Shown piece by piece: positions 9,114 through 17,458 of a DNA stretch of 20,000 bases (within the stretch, counting starts at the first letter, position 1; each line of letters opens with the position of its first letter). The stretch spans positions 178,336 to 198,335 of the forward strand of contig JAADGS010000027.1 in NCBI GenBank assembly GCA_013152275.1, given 5' to 3'. The notes under the pieces are model-generated. The model searched no databases, was not told the DNA's origin, and saw nothing but the letters and a program-made list of their open reading frames with translations. The position numbers and the translations under genes are program-made. Origin of the DNA: Actinomycetota bacterium (lineage in GTDB: Bacteria > Actinomycetota > Acidimicrobiia > Spongiisociales > UBA4744).

Positions 9114-9372
9114 GATATTTCGTCCTGGTCTCTCCGCCGAGGAGAACCGGCGGTTCCGGGCCGGTGGTCGACAAATCGTAATGGCGTTCTTTTGCCTGCG
9201 CGGCTTCCTCCGCCATGACTGGAGACCGTGCGGTTGCCGGTTGGTCGTTCGATCTGCCCAATGGGGAGCCGGTCTCGGCGACCGGCTCGTGCACCATCTC
9301 CTCGCCTGTTCTTCCGGTTTCTTATCCGTCGGACTTGCTCGTCACCATATCGGTGAGCGGTCCTTACCGTCT

Positions 9373-9404
9373 TTTGTACACCCTCTACCCGAGGGGAATG
9401 TCAA
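9373..9404 (-). promoter_or_regulatory. MerR-type promoter upstream of the Rieske gene
   Basis: Minus strand TTGACA-TTCCCCTCGGGTAGAGGGTG(20 bp)-TACAAA; dyad more degenerate than in the other three. Confidence 0.65.
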
Positions 9405-9424
9405 GGGGTAGAGGGTTCTGATCG

Positions 9425-9456
9425 GTCGCCTACGTCGAGCGATCGGCGTAGGCGAC
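9425..9456. terminator. GC-rich hairpin downstream of the MerR-family gene, possible terminator
   Basis: GTCGCCTACGTCGA-GCGA-TCGGCGTAGGCGAC, 14-bp stem with one imperfect pair; no U-tract. Confidence 0.45.
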
Positions 9457-9584
9457 AGGCGGGGAGGCGGTCTCGTCAAGCGACCGGAGCTTGTTTCCGG
9501 TCGTGTCCAAACACCGTCGCCGGGCCTCGATCGACGTCCGCCGACCTGGGCCATGCCGGTCGTTCGAGTGACCCTCGACGTTGG

Positions 9585-10052
9585 TTACTTCCCGTGGGAG
9601 TGAGGGGTCGGCCGCTTGTGGACATGCCGGGCGGCCGCAGCACCTCTGACCGACTCGTGATGAATGATGGTCTGACAGCGATTGGGGTCGGTGCAGGTCG
9701 ACGGATCGAGGCTACGAGCCTGCTCCGCCAGAATGGCGAGTTGTCGTCGGGTCTTCTTCAAGGCTTTGATGTGCGCATCCAGGTCGTGCATGTGGCGCTC
9801 GAGCAGTTCGAGCACGTGGTGACAGGTCGTTTCACCTCTGTCACGAAGATCGAGAATCGAAGCGATCTCCGTGAGCGTCAGGCCGGTGGCCTGGGCATCC
9901 TTGATGAACAACAGTCGGTCGACGGAGCCTGTGTCGTACATACGGTATCCGTTGGGAGCCCGGTGAGGAGCCGGCAGGAGACCTATGTCTTCGTAGTACC
10001 GAACTGCCTTGGTCGAGACTCCGGCATGCCGGGCGAGTTCTCCGATGGTCAT
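9585..10052 (-). CDS. Heavy-metal-responsive MerR-family transcriptional regulator (CadR/ZntR/CueR-like)
   Basis: MTIGELARHAGVSTKAVRYYEDIGLL..P.R..NGYR.Y HTH; Cys in TCHHV and CTDPNRC; His-rich C-terminal tail. Confidence 0.95.
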   Translation of the reverse strand: MTIGELARHAGVSTKAVRYYEDIGLLPAPHRAPNGYRMYDTGSVDRLLFIKDAQATGLTLTEIASILDLRDRGETTCHHVLELLERHMHDLDAHIKALKKTRRQLAILAEQARSLDPSTCTDPNRCQTIIHHESVRGAAAARHVHKRPTPHSHGK

Positions 10053-10058
10053 GGCACC

Positions 10059-10092
10059 ATCATATCGTCGTGACCCTCCAGTGGGATGGAAG
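10059..10092 (-). promoter_or_regulatory. Probable leaderless promoter of the MerR-family gene with an autoregulatory operator
   Basis: TATGAT -10 lies 6 nt before the ATG with no RBS; operator-like ACCCTCCAGTGGGATGGAAG at about 10073-10092. Confidence 0.55.
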
Positions 10093-10128
10093 AAGCGGTT
10101 TGGGGTGGCCGAATTGGCCGGCGTCTTC

Positions 10129-10160
10129 TTGACATTCTAGTTGACTGGAAGGTGTACGTT
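10129..10160 (+). promoter_or_regulatory. MerR-type promoter divergent from the MerR-family gene
   Basis: TTGACA-TTCTAGTTGACTGGAAGGTG(20 bp)-TACGTT. Confidence 0.85.
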
Positions 10161-10189
10161 GGCGGAAGCAACAGGAAGGAGGTGAAGGG

Positions 10190-10252
10190 ATGAAGCGCTT
10201 CATCGTTCCACGCATCGCTCACTGTTCAGACGGCTGTACCGCCGGATCCTGA
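10190..10252 (+). CDS. 20-aa His/Cys peptide MKRFIVPRIAHCSDGCTAGS, putative metal-binding microprotein
   Basis: Near-perfect SD AAGGAGGTGA upstream; first ORF after the MerR-type promoter; followed by a strong hairpin. Confidence 0.6.
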   Translation: MKRFIVPRIAHCSDGCTAGS

Positions 10253-10271
10253 GCAGGATGTGAAACTGCTT

Positions 10272-10306
10272 GGCGTGGTCGGGGTCCTGCGAATCCCGAC
10301 CACGCC
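10272..10306 (+). terminator. Hairpin after the micropeptide ORF
   Basis: GGCGTGGTCGGG-N11-CCCGACCACGCC, perfect 12-bp stem. Confidence 0.6.
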
Positions 10307-10415
10307 GCCACCGAATCATCTCCTTGCACATGGGGCAGCTTGGCTGGATCTCGTCGGAGTGGCCGCCCTCGAAACCGGCCGGGCAGAGTAGGCCGGGAGA
10401 GCCTCGCGAGGTACG

Positions 10416-10430
10416 CTACGCAACGTAGTA
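10416..10430. promoter_or_regulatory. Putative BlaI/CopY-family operator
   Basis: Palindrome CTACG-CAA-CGTAG(TA) upstream of the blaI-like gene, resembling TAC...GTA operators of this family. Confidence 0.45.
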
Positions 10431-10510
10431 GTGCAGTGTCGAAGGTCCGGCCTCCTCGGGTTCTCGCGGGAGACCGGATGCATATCGGCGAAAAGGGAAG
10501 GAATGGCGGC

Positions 10511-10864
10511 ATGGCCAGAGAACCCATTCTCGAGAATGCCGTGATGCTGATGCTTTGGCGGGAGGAAGGTCCTCTGACGCCGCGTCAAGTGAAGGCTCGG
10601 CTCGATGAGACCCATCCGGTGGCATACACGACGGCGATGACTGTTCTGATGCGACTGTGGAAGAAGGGCCTTCTGCGGCGCTATCGCGTGGGTCGAGCGT
10701 ACGCGTACGCGCCGACCGTGGGACAGGCCCAGCATGCGGCTCAGCGTATGGAAGGGATCCTCAGAGGAGTGAACGAACGGGCGGTCGCGTTGGGCCGGTT
10801 CGTGGAGCAGCTTTCGGCGTCGGACCGGGAGGAGCTGATGCGGATCCTGAGCGCCGATGAGTGA
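10511..10864 (+). CDS. BlaI/MecI/CopY family transcriptional repressor
   Basis: LENAVMLMLW..GPLTPRQV...VAYTTAMTVLMRLWKKGLLRR..VGRAYAY.P winged HTH; start could be 10478. Confidence 0.92.
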   Translation: MAREPILENAVMLMLWREEGPLTPRQVKARLDETHPVAYTTAMTVLMRLWKKGLLRRYRVGRAYAYAPTVGQAQHAAQRMEGILRGVNERAVALGRFVEQLSASDREELMRILSADE

Positions 10865-11792
10865 GATCCTGTTGGTCGCTTCCCTCGTGCTGCTCGGCAC
10901 ACCGTTTCTGCTGAGCCGTTTCGGGCATCGTATCGCCGCAGCCGAGCGCACACGGCTGATGGCCGTATCGCTCGCCGGTGGACTGGTGTTCCTCGAGCTC
11001 GATCTCGTGTTGACGGCCTTGCCGACCGTCCTGCGCTCATTTCGCCTGACAGGTCTCGCCTCTGCGTGTGAACGACTTGTCGGACACGTGTTGGGTGGGG
11101 GGCCGATTGTGGGATGGGTCGTGTTCGCCATGGCTCTGCTCCTGCCGGTATCGGCAATCGTGACGAGCCTGAGATGTCGAACGCGGTATCGTCGTCTGCG
11201 TGCCGATCCGTGGGTCGGGACACATCGGCCATATGGCGAGCATGAGCTGGTCGTGCTGCCTTCGGCGGAGATGGTCGCGATCAGTGTTCCCGGCCGGCCC
11301 GGGCAGGTGATTCTCTCGGAAGGTCTGCTCGATACTCTGGCACCGGCAGAGCTGGATGCGGTGCTGCGGCACGAGGGGGCACACCTCGATCTTCGACACT
11401 CGAGGTATCTTCTGCTCGCCGCCGTCGTGCAGTGCGCCGTGGGATGGCTTCCGACGGTCCGGGGGAGCGTGGGCAGCCTCAGGCTGTCGGTGGAGGAGTG
11501 GGCCGATGCGGTCGCAGTTCGAGATCTGGGCACCAGCAGACCCGTCGCAGATGCTTTGCGCTCGTTGGTCTTTGCCTCGCTCTTTCCACACGCGGCTTCG
11601 TTCTCTGCCGCCGAGACGATTGGTGAACGTCTCGAGGCCCTCGAGCACGGTGAGCCTCGGAAGGCCCCCCTGGCTCGCCTGGCCGCCTATTCGCTGATAG
11701 CGCTGCTGTGGCTGGGGGCAGGCGGATCCGTAGCGACATGGTTGACACATGCCCGTGGATTGGTCGGCATGACGCCGTACTGTCCTCTTTGA
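10857..11792 (+). CDS. M56/M48 (BlaR1-like) membrane zinc metallopeptidase
   Basis: TM segments, ILSEGLL..L...ELDAVLRHEGAH (HExxH), EEWAD; coupled to the BlaI-like gene. Confidence 0.9.
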   Translation: MSEILLVASLVLLGTPFLLSRFGHRIAAAERTRLMAVSLAGGLVFLELDLVLTALPTVLRSFRLTGLASACERLVGHVLGGGPIVGWVVFAMALLLPVSAIVTSLRCRTRYRRLRADPWVGTHRPYGEHELVVLPSAEMVAISVPGRPGQVILSEGLLDTLAPAELDAVLRHEGAHLDLRHSRYLLLAAVVQCAVGWLPTVRGSVGSLRLSVEEWADAVAVRDLGTSRPVADALRSLVFASLFPHAASFSAAETIGERLEALEHGEPRKAPLARLAAYSLIALLWLGAGGSVATWLTHARGLVGMTPYCPL

Positions 11793-11879
11793 GGTTCGGT
11801 GCCGCAGCGGCCAGACGCATCCGCGAGGAGACCGGAAGCCGGACCGTGTTGACGCAACCGACCCGTGGACGGCAAGCCG

Positions 11880-12420
11880 ATTCGCCAAACGTCGATGACG
11901 ACTCGACTAGAGCCGAAGCTGCCGGTTTCGGGTTGGGCCGGCACGCTCCCGGCGGTGGCTGTCTTCGCCGGCCTTCGAATCGACGACCCGGCCCGTCTGG
12001 AGGGGGTGTCGGTGTGGATGAGAAACGCTTCCTCAACGCCCCGTCTACCTATTGCACAACGTCTACGACCCAGATCGTCGACCTGGTGGATCGTCACCGC
12101 CTGTTGGATGTGATCGAAGGCCGTTCCCGTGACGCACTGGACGCCGGGCTCACCGGACGGGGAGACTGCCAGTGTGGTCGTGTCCGCATCGCCACTTTGG
12201 ACCCGGCAGCCGGATACCGCAAAACCTGGTCGATTGCCTCGGCGTCGCCACCCTGATCGTGGATCGTTTCCATGCGATATGCCACTCGAATCGGGCGGGC
12301 GACGAGGTGTGTCATCGAGTCCGGTCACCAAACCTTGGGACATCGGGGTCGCAAGACCGACCCGGCGTATCGGTCGTGACGGGTCCTATCGAACGGAAAG
12401 ATAACGACTCACCGGAGGCC
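11880..12420 (+). pseudogene. ISL3-family transposase remnant (frameshifted, truncated)
   Basis: Motifs spread over several frames: VGVDE, TQIVDL...LLDVIEGRS, LDPAAGY, IVDRFH, LGHRGRKTDP; boundaries approximate. Confidence 0.8.
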
Positions 12421-12746
12421 ATTTCGGACAGATGCGCTCGTCATCCACCGCCAAAGATCCTGACGGCGAGGGTGTTGCCGCTCGGGACGGTCGAACTCGA
12501 AGCGGGTGTCCGCGATGCCGGTCCTCTCCCGGCGGGTCGGTGCTCGGCGGTGGCGATCGAGGACAGAGGCTGCCTGAGCTCATTACTGGGGGCACCGGGG
12601 AGAGGTGACGTCACCGTTCCGCCTGGGATTGGTGTTGCCGCAGGGTGCCGTGTCGCTGCGGTTGGTTCGAACAAACCAGTCGGTGTGGGCGCGGAGCGGT
12701 TCAATCTGCTGATAGTGTTGTTAGTTCCGCTAGCCCACGGGTGGTC

Positions 12747-14696
12747 GTGAGGGTTCGTGTTGCGCTGGTGTTGAGTCTGCTGGTGGCGGTGCAGCTGCTG
12801 CCGGTACCGGGAGGGGCTGCCGTTGAGAGCCCGGTTGTGTCGCGGGTTGGTGGTCGTGTCGATGGTGGTGGGGTTGTTGGTGTGTCGGCCGTGTCGATGC
12901 CCGGCGATCTTCCGGTCGAGGTTCAGGGTGATGCCGGTTCGGCTCCTGTGGATGCTTTCCGACCGAATCCTGAAAGCTTGAAGCCTGGCTGGCGGACCGG
13001 GGTGTTCGAGATTGCTGTCCCTGATGGTGGCGGCGAGGTGCGCGTGTCGGGGTCGCCTGTGCGTCTTGTGGCTCCGGCGGGGTTGGTCCCGAGCGGGTCT
13101 ACGGCTCGTGTCGAGGTCTTTGATCGTGGTGCGGTCGGGAGTGTTTCACCTTTCGGGGCTGCAGTCTCGGTGGGGTTTCGCGACGCTGCGACGCAGTTGT
13201 CGCCGACTGGGCGTTCGGGGTCCTACGGGTGGGCGATCTCGAATCTGGCCTACGGGTGGGAATCGGCCGAGCCGGTACCGGTCATCGCTGGGGCATCCTA
13301 TGAGGTTGGCGGATGGGTGCGTGGCGAGATCGACGCGGCCGAGTCGTTCGGGGCGTGGATCGTTCGTGCGTCGTTCCTCGATGCTGGCGGTGAAGTGACC
13401 GGCCACGTCGATGTGGCCAGAGGCGACCCGGGATCGTTGAGCGACCGGTGGGAACGGGTTGGCGACCAGGTCACAATCCCTGATGGTGTCGTGTCGGTAC
13501 GGGTCGAGTTGTTCAACTACCTCAACGGCGGGTGGGTCGCGTTCGATGACACGACCGTATCGGCGGTCTCGGACGCGTCGGTGTCGACCACCTACGGTTT
13601 CGGTTCCGGTGCGGTGGCCGTCGGTGTCGATGCAGATGTCTCCTACACGTTCGGGGATCATCTCGGGTCGGTGGTAGCCGCGTATCGTCGGTCGGATGGG
13701 CGAGTGTCGCGACGTTTCTTCCTCCCCTACGGGCAGGTCCGTGCGTCCGATACGATGCCGACCGACCGTAGCTTCACCGGTCAACACGCCGACGCTACCG
13801 GCCTGTTGTACCTGCATGCCCGCTACCTGGACCCGACGATCGGCCGGTTCATCCAGCCAGACGTCCTGATCCCGGACGTAGCCGCCCCCCAATCGTTGAA
13901 CCGTTACAGCTACGTACTCGACGACCCGATCAACCACACCGACCCGACCGGACGTCAGGGGTGGCCTGTGGGCGAGCGCGACCCGCAGATCGAGACTCGG
14001 GACTGTAGAGGGTCGGGGGGTTGCGGGTTGCTGGTGGTTGGTGTCCACGGCGGGTTCGGATGGGCCCGGGTGGCGTATATTGGTGCGCTTCGCCGTACCG
14101 CTGTGTCACGGGTAGCCGCCGCCGCCGGGGTGATGGTTGCCGGTGCGGTTGCTGTTGAGGTGGCTCCTGCGTTGGCTGCGCTCGTACCGGACGCGGCCGG
14201 GGCCGTCTCGGCTGCGGTCGATAACGCCCTGATCCGCATCCTTGCGAGGAGCACTGTCGCAACGGCGCAGGCCACAGGCTGGATACGACACCTCCTCGGA
14301 GCCGACACCACCACAATCGAAGAACAAACCCTCGCCACAAACACAGCAGACGACCTGCTGGCCTTGCCCGGCAGACAGGTGGATGCTACTTGGGGTGTGA
14401 ACACGTATCGGCATGGCGGCACGATGACGACGATCGAGCACATCAACTATCGGCATGCCTGGGACACCGGGTTTTCGAATGTGAGCCGTTTCGCCGAAGG
14501 GACTAGCGCTCGCCAGATTCAGGGTCTTGTCGACGACGCGCTGAAGTACGGCACGGTGAGTGGGAATGGGACCAGCGTCCTGTGGGACGCTGGTCGGGCA
14601 CTGGGGGTCGATGCTGCAGGCAACACCGCTACCGGTGTGCAGGTCTACATCCGAGACGGGATCATTCAGACTGCCTTTCCTGTGGGTGTGCCGTAA
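12747..14696 (+). CDS. Short Rhs-repeat-associated-core polymorphic toxin with signal peptide, CBM-like domain and EndoU-like C-terminal toxin
   Basis: Hydrophobic N-terminus (RVRVALVLSLLVAVQLL); DHLGS, PYG, FTGQ..D.TGL.YL.ARYLDPTIGRFIQPD, LNRYSYV.DDPINHTDPTG; tip with EHINYRH..SRF...IQTAFP; start uncertain (12741 or 12747). Confidence 0.88.
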   Translation: MRVRVALVLSLLVAVQLLPVPGGAAVESPVVSRVGGRVDGGGVVGVSAVSMPGDLPVEVQGDAGSAPVDAFRPNPESLKPGWRTGVFEIAVPDGGGEVRVSGSPVRLVAPAGLVPSGSTARVEVFDRGAVGSVSPFGAAVSVGFRDAATQLSPTGRSGSYGWAISNLAYGWESAEPVPVIAGASYEVGGWVRGEIDAAESFGAWIVRASFLDAGGEVTGHVDVARGDPGSLSDRWERVGDQVTIPDGVVSVRVELFNYLNGGWVAFDDTTVSAVSDASVSTTYGFGSGAVAVGVDADVSYTFGDHLGSVVAAYRRSDGRVSRRFFLPYGQVRASDTMPTDRSFTGQHADATGLLYLHARYLDPTIGRFIQPDVLIPDVAAPQSLNRYSYVLDDPINHTDPTGRQGWPVGERDPQIETRDCRGSGGCGLLVVGVHGGFGWARVAYIGALRRTAVSRVAAAAGVMVAGAVAVEVAPALAALVPDAAGAVSAAVDNALIRILARSTVATAQATGWIRHLLGADTTTIEEQTLATNTADDLLALPGRQVDATWGVNTYRHGGTMTTIEHINYRHAWDTGFSNVSRFAEGTSARQIQGLVDDALKYGTVSGNGTSVLWDAGRALGVDAAGNTATGVQVYIRDGIIQTAFPVGVP

Positions 14697-14929
14697 TGGG
14701 TGTCTGTCTGCTGGATCGGTTCTTCGACGAGGAGTGCACGTCATATGTGCGTGATCTGCTGCTGGAAGCAATGGGCCGTAGCTCCGGGACTGAGTACTTC
14801 ACCTTCAATGTGTTCAACGTCCTGATAGATGCTGACCGCGGCGTTGTCACCGTTGAGGACGAATTGGATCCGGCGGCGTCCTGCACTACCTCGCGTGGAT
14901 CCTTCGTGTCGCGTTTGCAGGCGGTCTGA
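14696..14929 (+). CDS. Putative immunity protein 1 (77 aa)
   Basis: TAATG overlap with the toxin stop; small and acidic: MGVCLLDRFFDEEC...FTFNVFNVLID...VEDELD. Confidence 0.75.
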   Translation: MGVCLLDRFFDEECTSYVRDLLLEAMGRSSGTEYFTFNVFNVLIDADRGVVTVEDELDPAASCTTSRGSFVSRLQAV

Positions 14930-14933
14930 GGAC

Positions 14934-15536
14934 ATGCATCGGTACGCCGGTGGAGGTTCGGTCCGGCTGCCTGAGTATGCAGGTCTCTTCCGAGTCCTGG
15001 CTATCTTCGTGTTCATTGCCATCTGGCTTGGCGCTCCTGTTCCGAGTTCCGCTGCTGGACGGGCCACCGATGTTTCGCCGGCGCCCACCTGTGCCTACGA
15101 CGACTGGGCGCCAACTTCCGCACCTACGACGAATGGCGTCGCCAGCCTCGCGGATCAAGTCGTTCGCGGCCCCAGCGAGGTCCAGGGACACCTCTACGAC
15201 GTCTCTGCTAACTCCGTTGCCACAAACGCGCTACTCACACCAGGCCGACTTGCGGATGATGTCGCGGAGGCTGTTGGGGGAGTTGCCAAGCCCGCAACGA
15301 GCGGCACCGGCCAGGTGATCACGATCCCTCAAGGGAACCGCCAGATTGTCATCCGCATCATGGAGGAGGGTGGCGGAAGAACGAACTACTACCGAGTCAG
15401 TGTTGCAGGCAAGGAGGCCCTAACCGTCATGGGCGAGGCTTCGGTGGACAGGGCTCTGACGCACATACCGATCGGTGAGAGCTCTCTCGACGACATTCTT
15501 CGGCTCGTCAACCAACTTGCCGGTGGTGGCGGATGA
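14934..15536 (+). CDS. Cassette toxin 2: signal-like segment + YD/ATN module + putative RNase tip (THIP motif, Ntox30-like)
   Basis: FRVLAIFVFIAIWLGAPVPSSAAG; GHLYD..ATN; tip VIRIM...YYRVS...THIP; start uncertain. Confidence 0.7.
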   Translation: MHRYAGGGSVRLPEYAGLFRVLAIFVFIAIWLGAPVPSSAAGRATDVSPAPTCAYDDWAPTSAPTTNGVASLADQVVRGPSEVQGHLYDVSANSVATNALLTPGRLADDVAEAVGGVAKPATSGTGQVITIPQGNRQIVIRIMEEGGGRTNYYRVSVAGKEALTVMGEASVDRALTHIPIGESSLDDILRLVNQLAGGGG

Positions 15537-15862
15537 CTGTGCTCAACCGGATCTGGGGAGGCCGCCTGACACAGCTACGCGTCGATGCTGCCGTTCACAG
15601 GGTGCGCCTGGTCATATCCACGGTCACTGGCGCTGTGGAGGACGTCTGCGAGATCGTCTGTTCCGAAGTCCGCGAGATGCGCCTGTTCGATGAGAGCATG
15701 TCGGTGTGGGATTATGTTGAGATCACGGCTGCCTCAGCTAGGCCAATGCCCGATGGCTCCATGGTGCTGGAGTTGACGATGTGGACTGAGGAGGCTGGGC
15801 TGATGATCCGATGCGGCGAGATCACAGTTGACGGGGAGGCACTGTCATTCAACGGCTGCTGA
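15533..15862 (+). CDS. Putative immunity protein 2 (109 aa)
   Basis: ATGA overlap with toxin 2; small, acidic, beta-rich pattern. Confidence 0.72.
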   Translation: MTVLNRIWGGRLTQLRVDAAVHRVRLVISTVTGAVEDVCEIVCSEVREMRLFDESMSVWDYVEITAASARPMPDGSMVLELTMWTEEAGLMIRCGEITVDGEALSFNGC

Positions 15863-15873
15863 CATGGCTCAGA

Positions 15874-16410
15874 GTGTTCTTGTTAGGCGTGGTCGCCGCA
15901 GGCATCCTCCTTTTCGACCCGTGGGCTACGGCTGCCGGCGCGAACCCGATCGTCTCTCAGTCACCGGCTCTGGATGCGTGTGGTTACGATGCCCTCACAC
16001 GTTGTGATGCATCTACGACGGTTTCAACGGCTGACCTTGCGGTTCAGCCTGCCACCTCACCCTCCGGTGAGGTGGGATACGTGTACGACTCTCCCCGTTT
16101 CTCCCATGCCACAAACGGGGCAGAGATCCCTGAGGTCATCTACCGAGGAGGAGGTAGGAGCCCCTCGAATCTGACGTTGCGTGAGGGCGAGGAGGCACTG
16201 TCATTCCGGAGCTCGTTGTCAAACCCCTACCCGTCTGGCCGGCAGCCGGTGTTCCGGCCGGGACGCGAGTACATCGGGATCGATACCTCTGGGCTTCCTC
16301 CGGGATCGGTTGTTGTGGACAACGTCCCGCAGGGGCATGTCTCAGTGTTCGTGGATGATGTCGACCTTCTTCGGTCGCTGATCGTTGAGAAGGGTCGGTT
16401 CCCGAAGTGA
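15874..16410 (+). CDS. Cassette toxin 3: signal-like segment + YD/ATN module + ADP-ribosyltransferase-like tip
   Basis: Hydrophobic N-terminus ending ATAAGA; GYVYD..ATN; tip IYRGG..SPSNLT.R...LSF...GHVS, resembling the R-S ART fold; start uncertain. Confidence 0.68.
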   Translation: MFLLGVVAAGILLFDPWATAAGANPIVSQSPALDACGYDALTRCDASTTVSTADLAVQPATSPSGEVGYVYDSPRFSHATNGAEIPEVIYRGGGRSPSNLTLREGEEALSFRSSLSNPYPSGRQPVFRPGREYIGIDTSGLPPGSVVVDNVPQGHVSVFVDDVDLLRSLIVEKGRFPK

Positions 16411-16859
16411 GCGATTCGTCAGACAGTGTTGTCGAGGCAATCCGATGTCTTGTCCGGGTCGCAGAGATCTTCGGCGACTTGGCCTCGTGGCTTCGACAGA
16501 TCGAGGGAGCGACTCGAGTGATGCAGCCGTGTTCCATGACCACGCTTAGGCGACGCGAAGACGAAGTGATCGAGTATGGCATCGGCGACGGGGTCGGGAT
16601 CGACTGGTACGCTGATGTGGAGTTTACCAATGGCAGAGCGCTGAGCTTCGGCCTGGAGCTGAGCTGGGACGGGGGCGAATGGCGGGTGGTGCCCGGGATC
16701 CGGATCACCCATCGAGCGGGCCAAGATGATCTGTTCGACCTTGCCGATCGCTACGCGGTTGACGATGTTGACATGTGCAACTCACTCCTGGGAGCTGCTC
16801 GCGAACTAGCCAGCTTGCGGGATGAAGCGTTGGAGTTGTTCCGGTCATGGTCCGGGTGA
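16407..16859 (+). CDS. Putative immunity protein 3 (150 aa)
   Basis: GTGA overlap with toxin 3; acidic. Confidence 0.72.
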   Translation: MSDSSDSVVEAIRCLVRVAEIFGDLASWLRQIEGATRVMQPCSMTTLRRREDEVIEYGIGDGVGIDWYADVEFTNGRALSFGLELSWDGGEWRVVPGIRITHRAGQDDLFDLADRYAVDDVDMCNSLLGAARELASLRDEALELFRSWSG

Positions 16860-17458
16860 TCCCCTCCCGGGCCTTTGCACACTCTGCCGGGCTCGTCGTT
16901 ATGGCTGCTGCGGTGCTGGGGCTCACGGCCCTTTCCGGATCGGCCTCCGCTGAGGCGCGGCTGGACGTTTGGACGGTTACTCATACGCACGACGACACAG
17001 CGACTGCACCTATGGCTATGACGACTCGCGGCGTCGACGTTGCAGAGCGGCCAGTTCCGTCCTCCTCAGGCGGTCTCGGATTCACCTACGACCCTTCCGG
17101 CCATTCCGATGCCACAAACACAGCAGGGGTGGTTGATGATGCGGCCAATGCTGCGCAAGGTGCTCGGCTGCGAGAGCACTTGAGGCTGTTGGAGCAGTAC
17201 GGTGCGGGTGGGGTACGCGAGTTGGCCGATGGCCGTATCCGCTACTACAGCGAGGTGACGATAGCATCGAAGCCAGGCGAGATGGCTGGTGCGCGTCTGG
17301 TACGGGAGTGGAATCCTGCGACCGGCAACTACCGAACGTGGTACGAGACGCTTGACCACGCCGGCCAGATACGCCAAGTCCATCCATATCAGCCGTACTC
17401 GTCGTACCACTACATGTTCATGTTCGATGAGTTCGGCAACTATGCGGGGCGCGGGTGA
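16847..17458 (+). CDS. Cassette toxin 4: signal-like segment + HD/YD/ATN module + unassigned (possibly nuclease) tip
   Basis: VVMAAAVLGLTALSGSASA; GFTYD..ATN; tip GRIRYY...GEMAG.R.VREWNP.TG..RTWYET.DH.G.IRQV.P; start 16847 or 16856. Confidence 0.72.
   Translation: MVRVIPSRAFAHSAGLVVMAAAVLGLTALSGSASAEARLDVWTVTHTHDDTATAPMAMTTRGVDVAERPVPSSSGGLGFTYDPSGHSDATNTAGVVDDAANAAQGARLREHLRLLEQYGAGGVRELADGRIRYYSEVTIASKPGEMAGARLVREWNPATGNYRTWYETLDHAGQIRQVHPYQPYSSYHYMFMFDEFGNYAGRG

Noticed and set aside
10250..10310. Selenocysteine read-through of the micropeptide TGA
   Set aside because: The hairpin starts about 19 nt after TGA and looks like a terminator; the TGA is not in a redox motif and the read-through sequence is unrecognisable.
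12172..12750. ORFs 12172-12750(+), 12441-12704(-) and 12386-12595(-)
   Set aside because: Only the first part of 12172-12750 carries ISL3 motifs; the rest is low-information sequence without RBS or family motifs.
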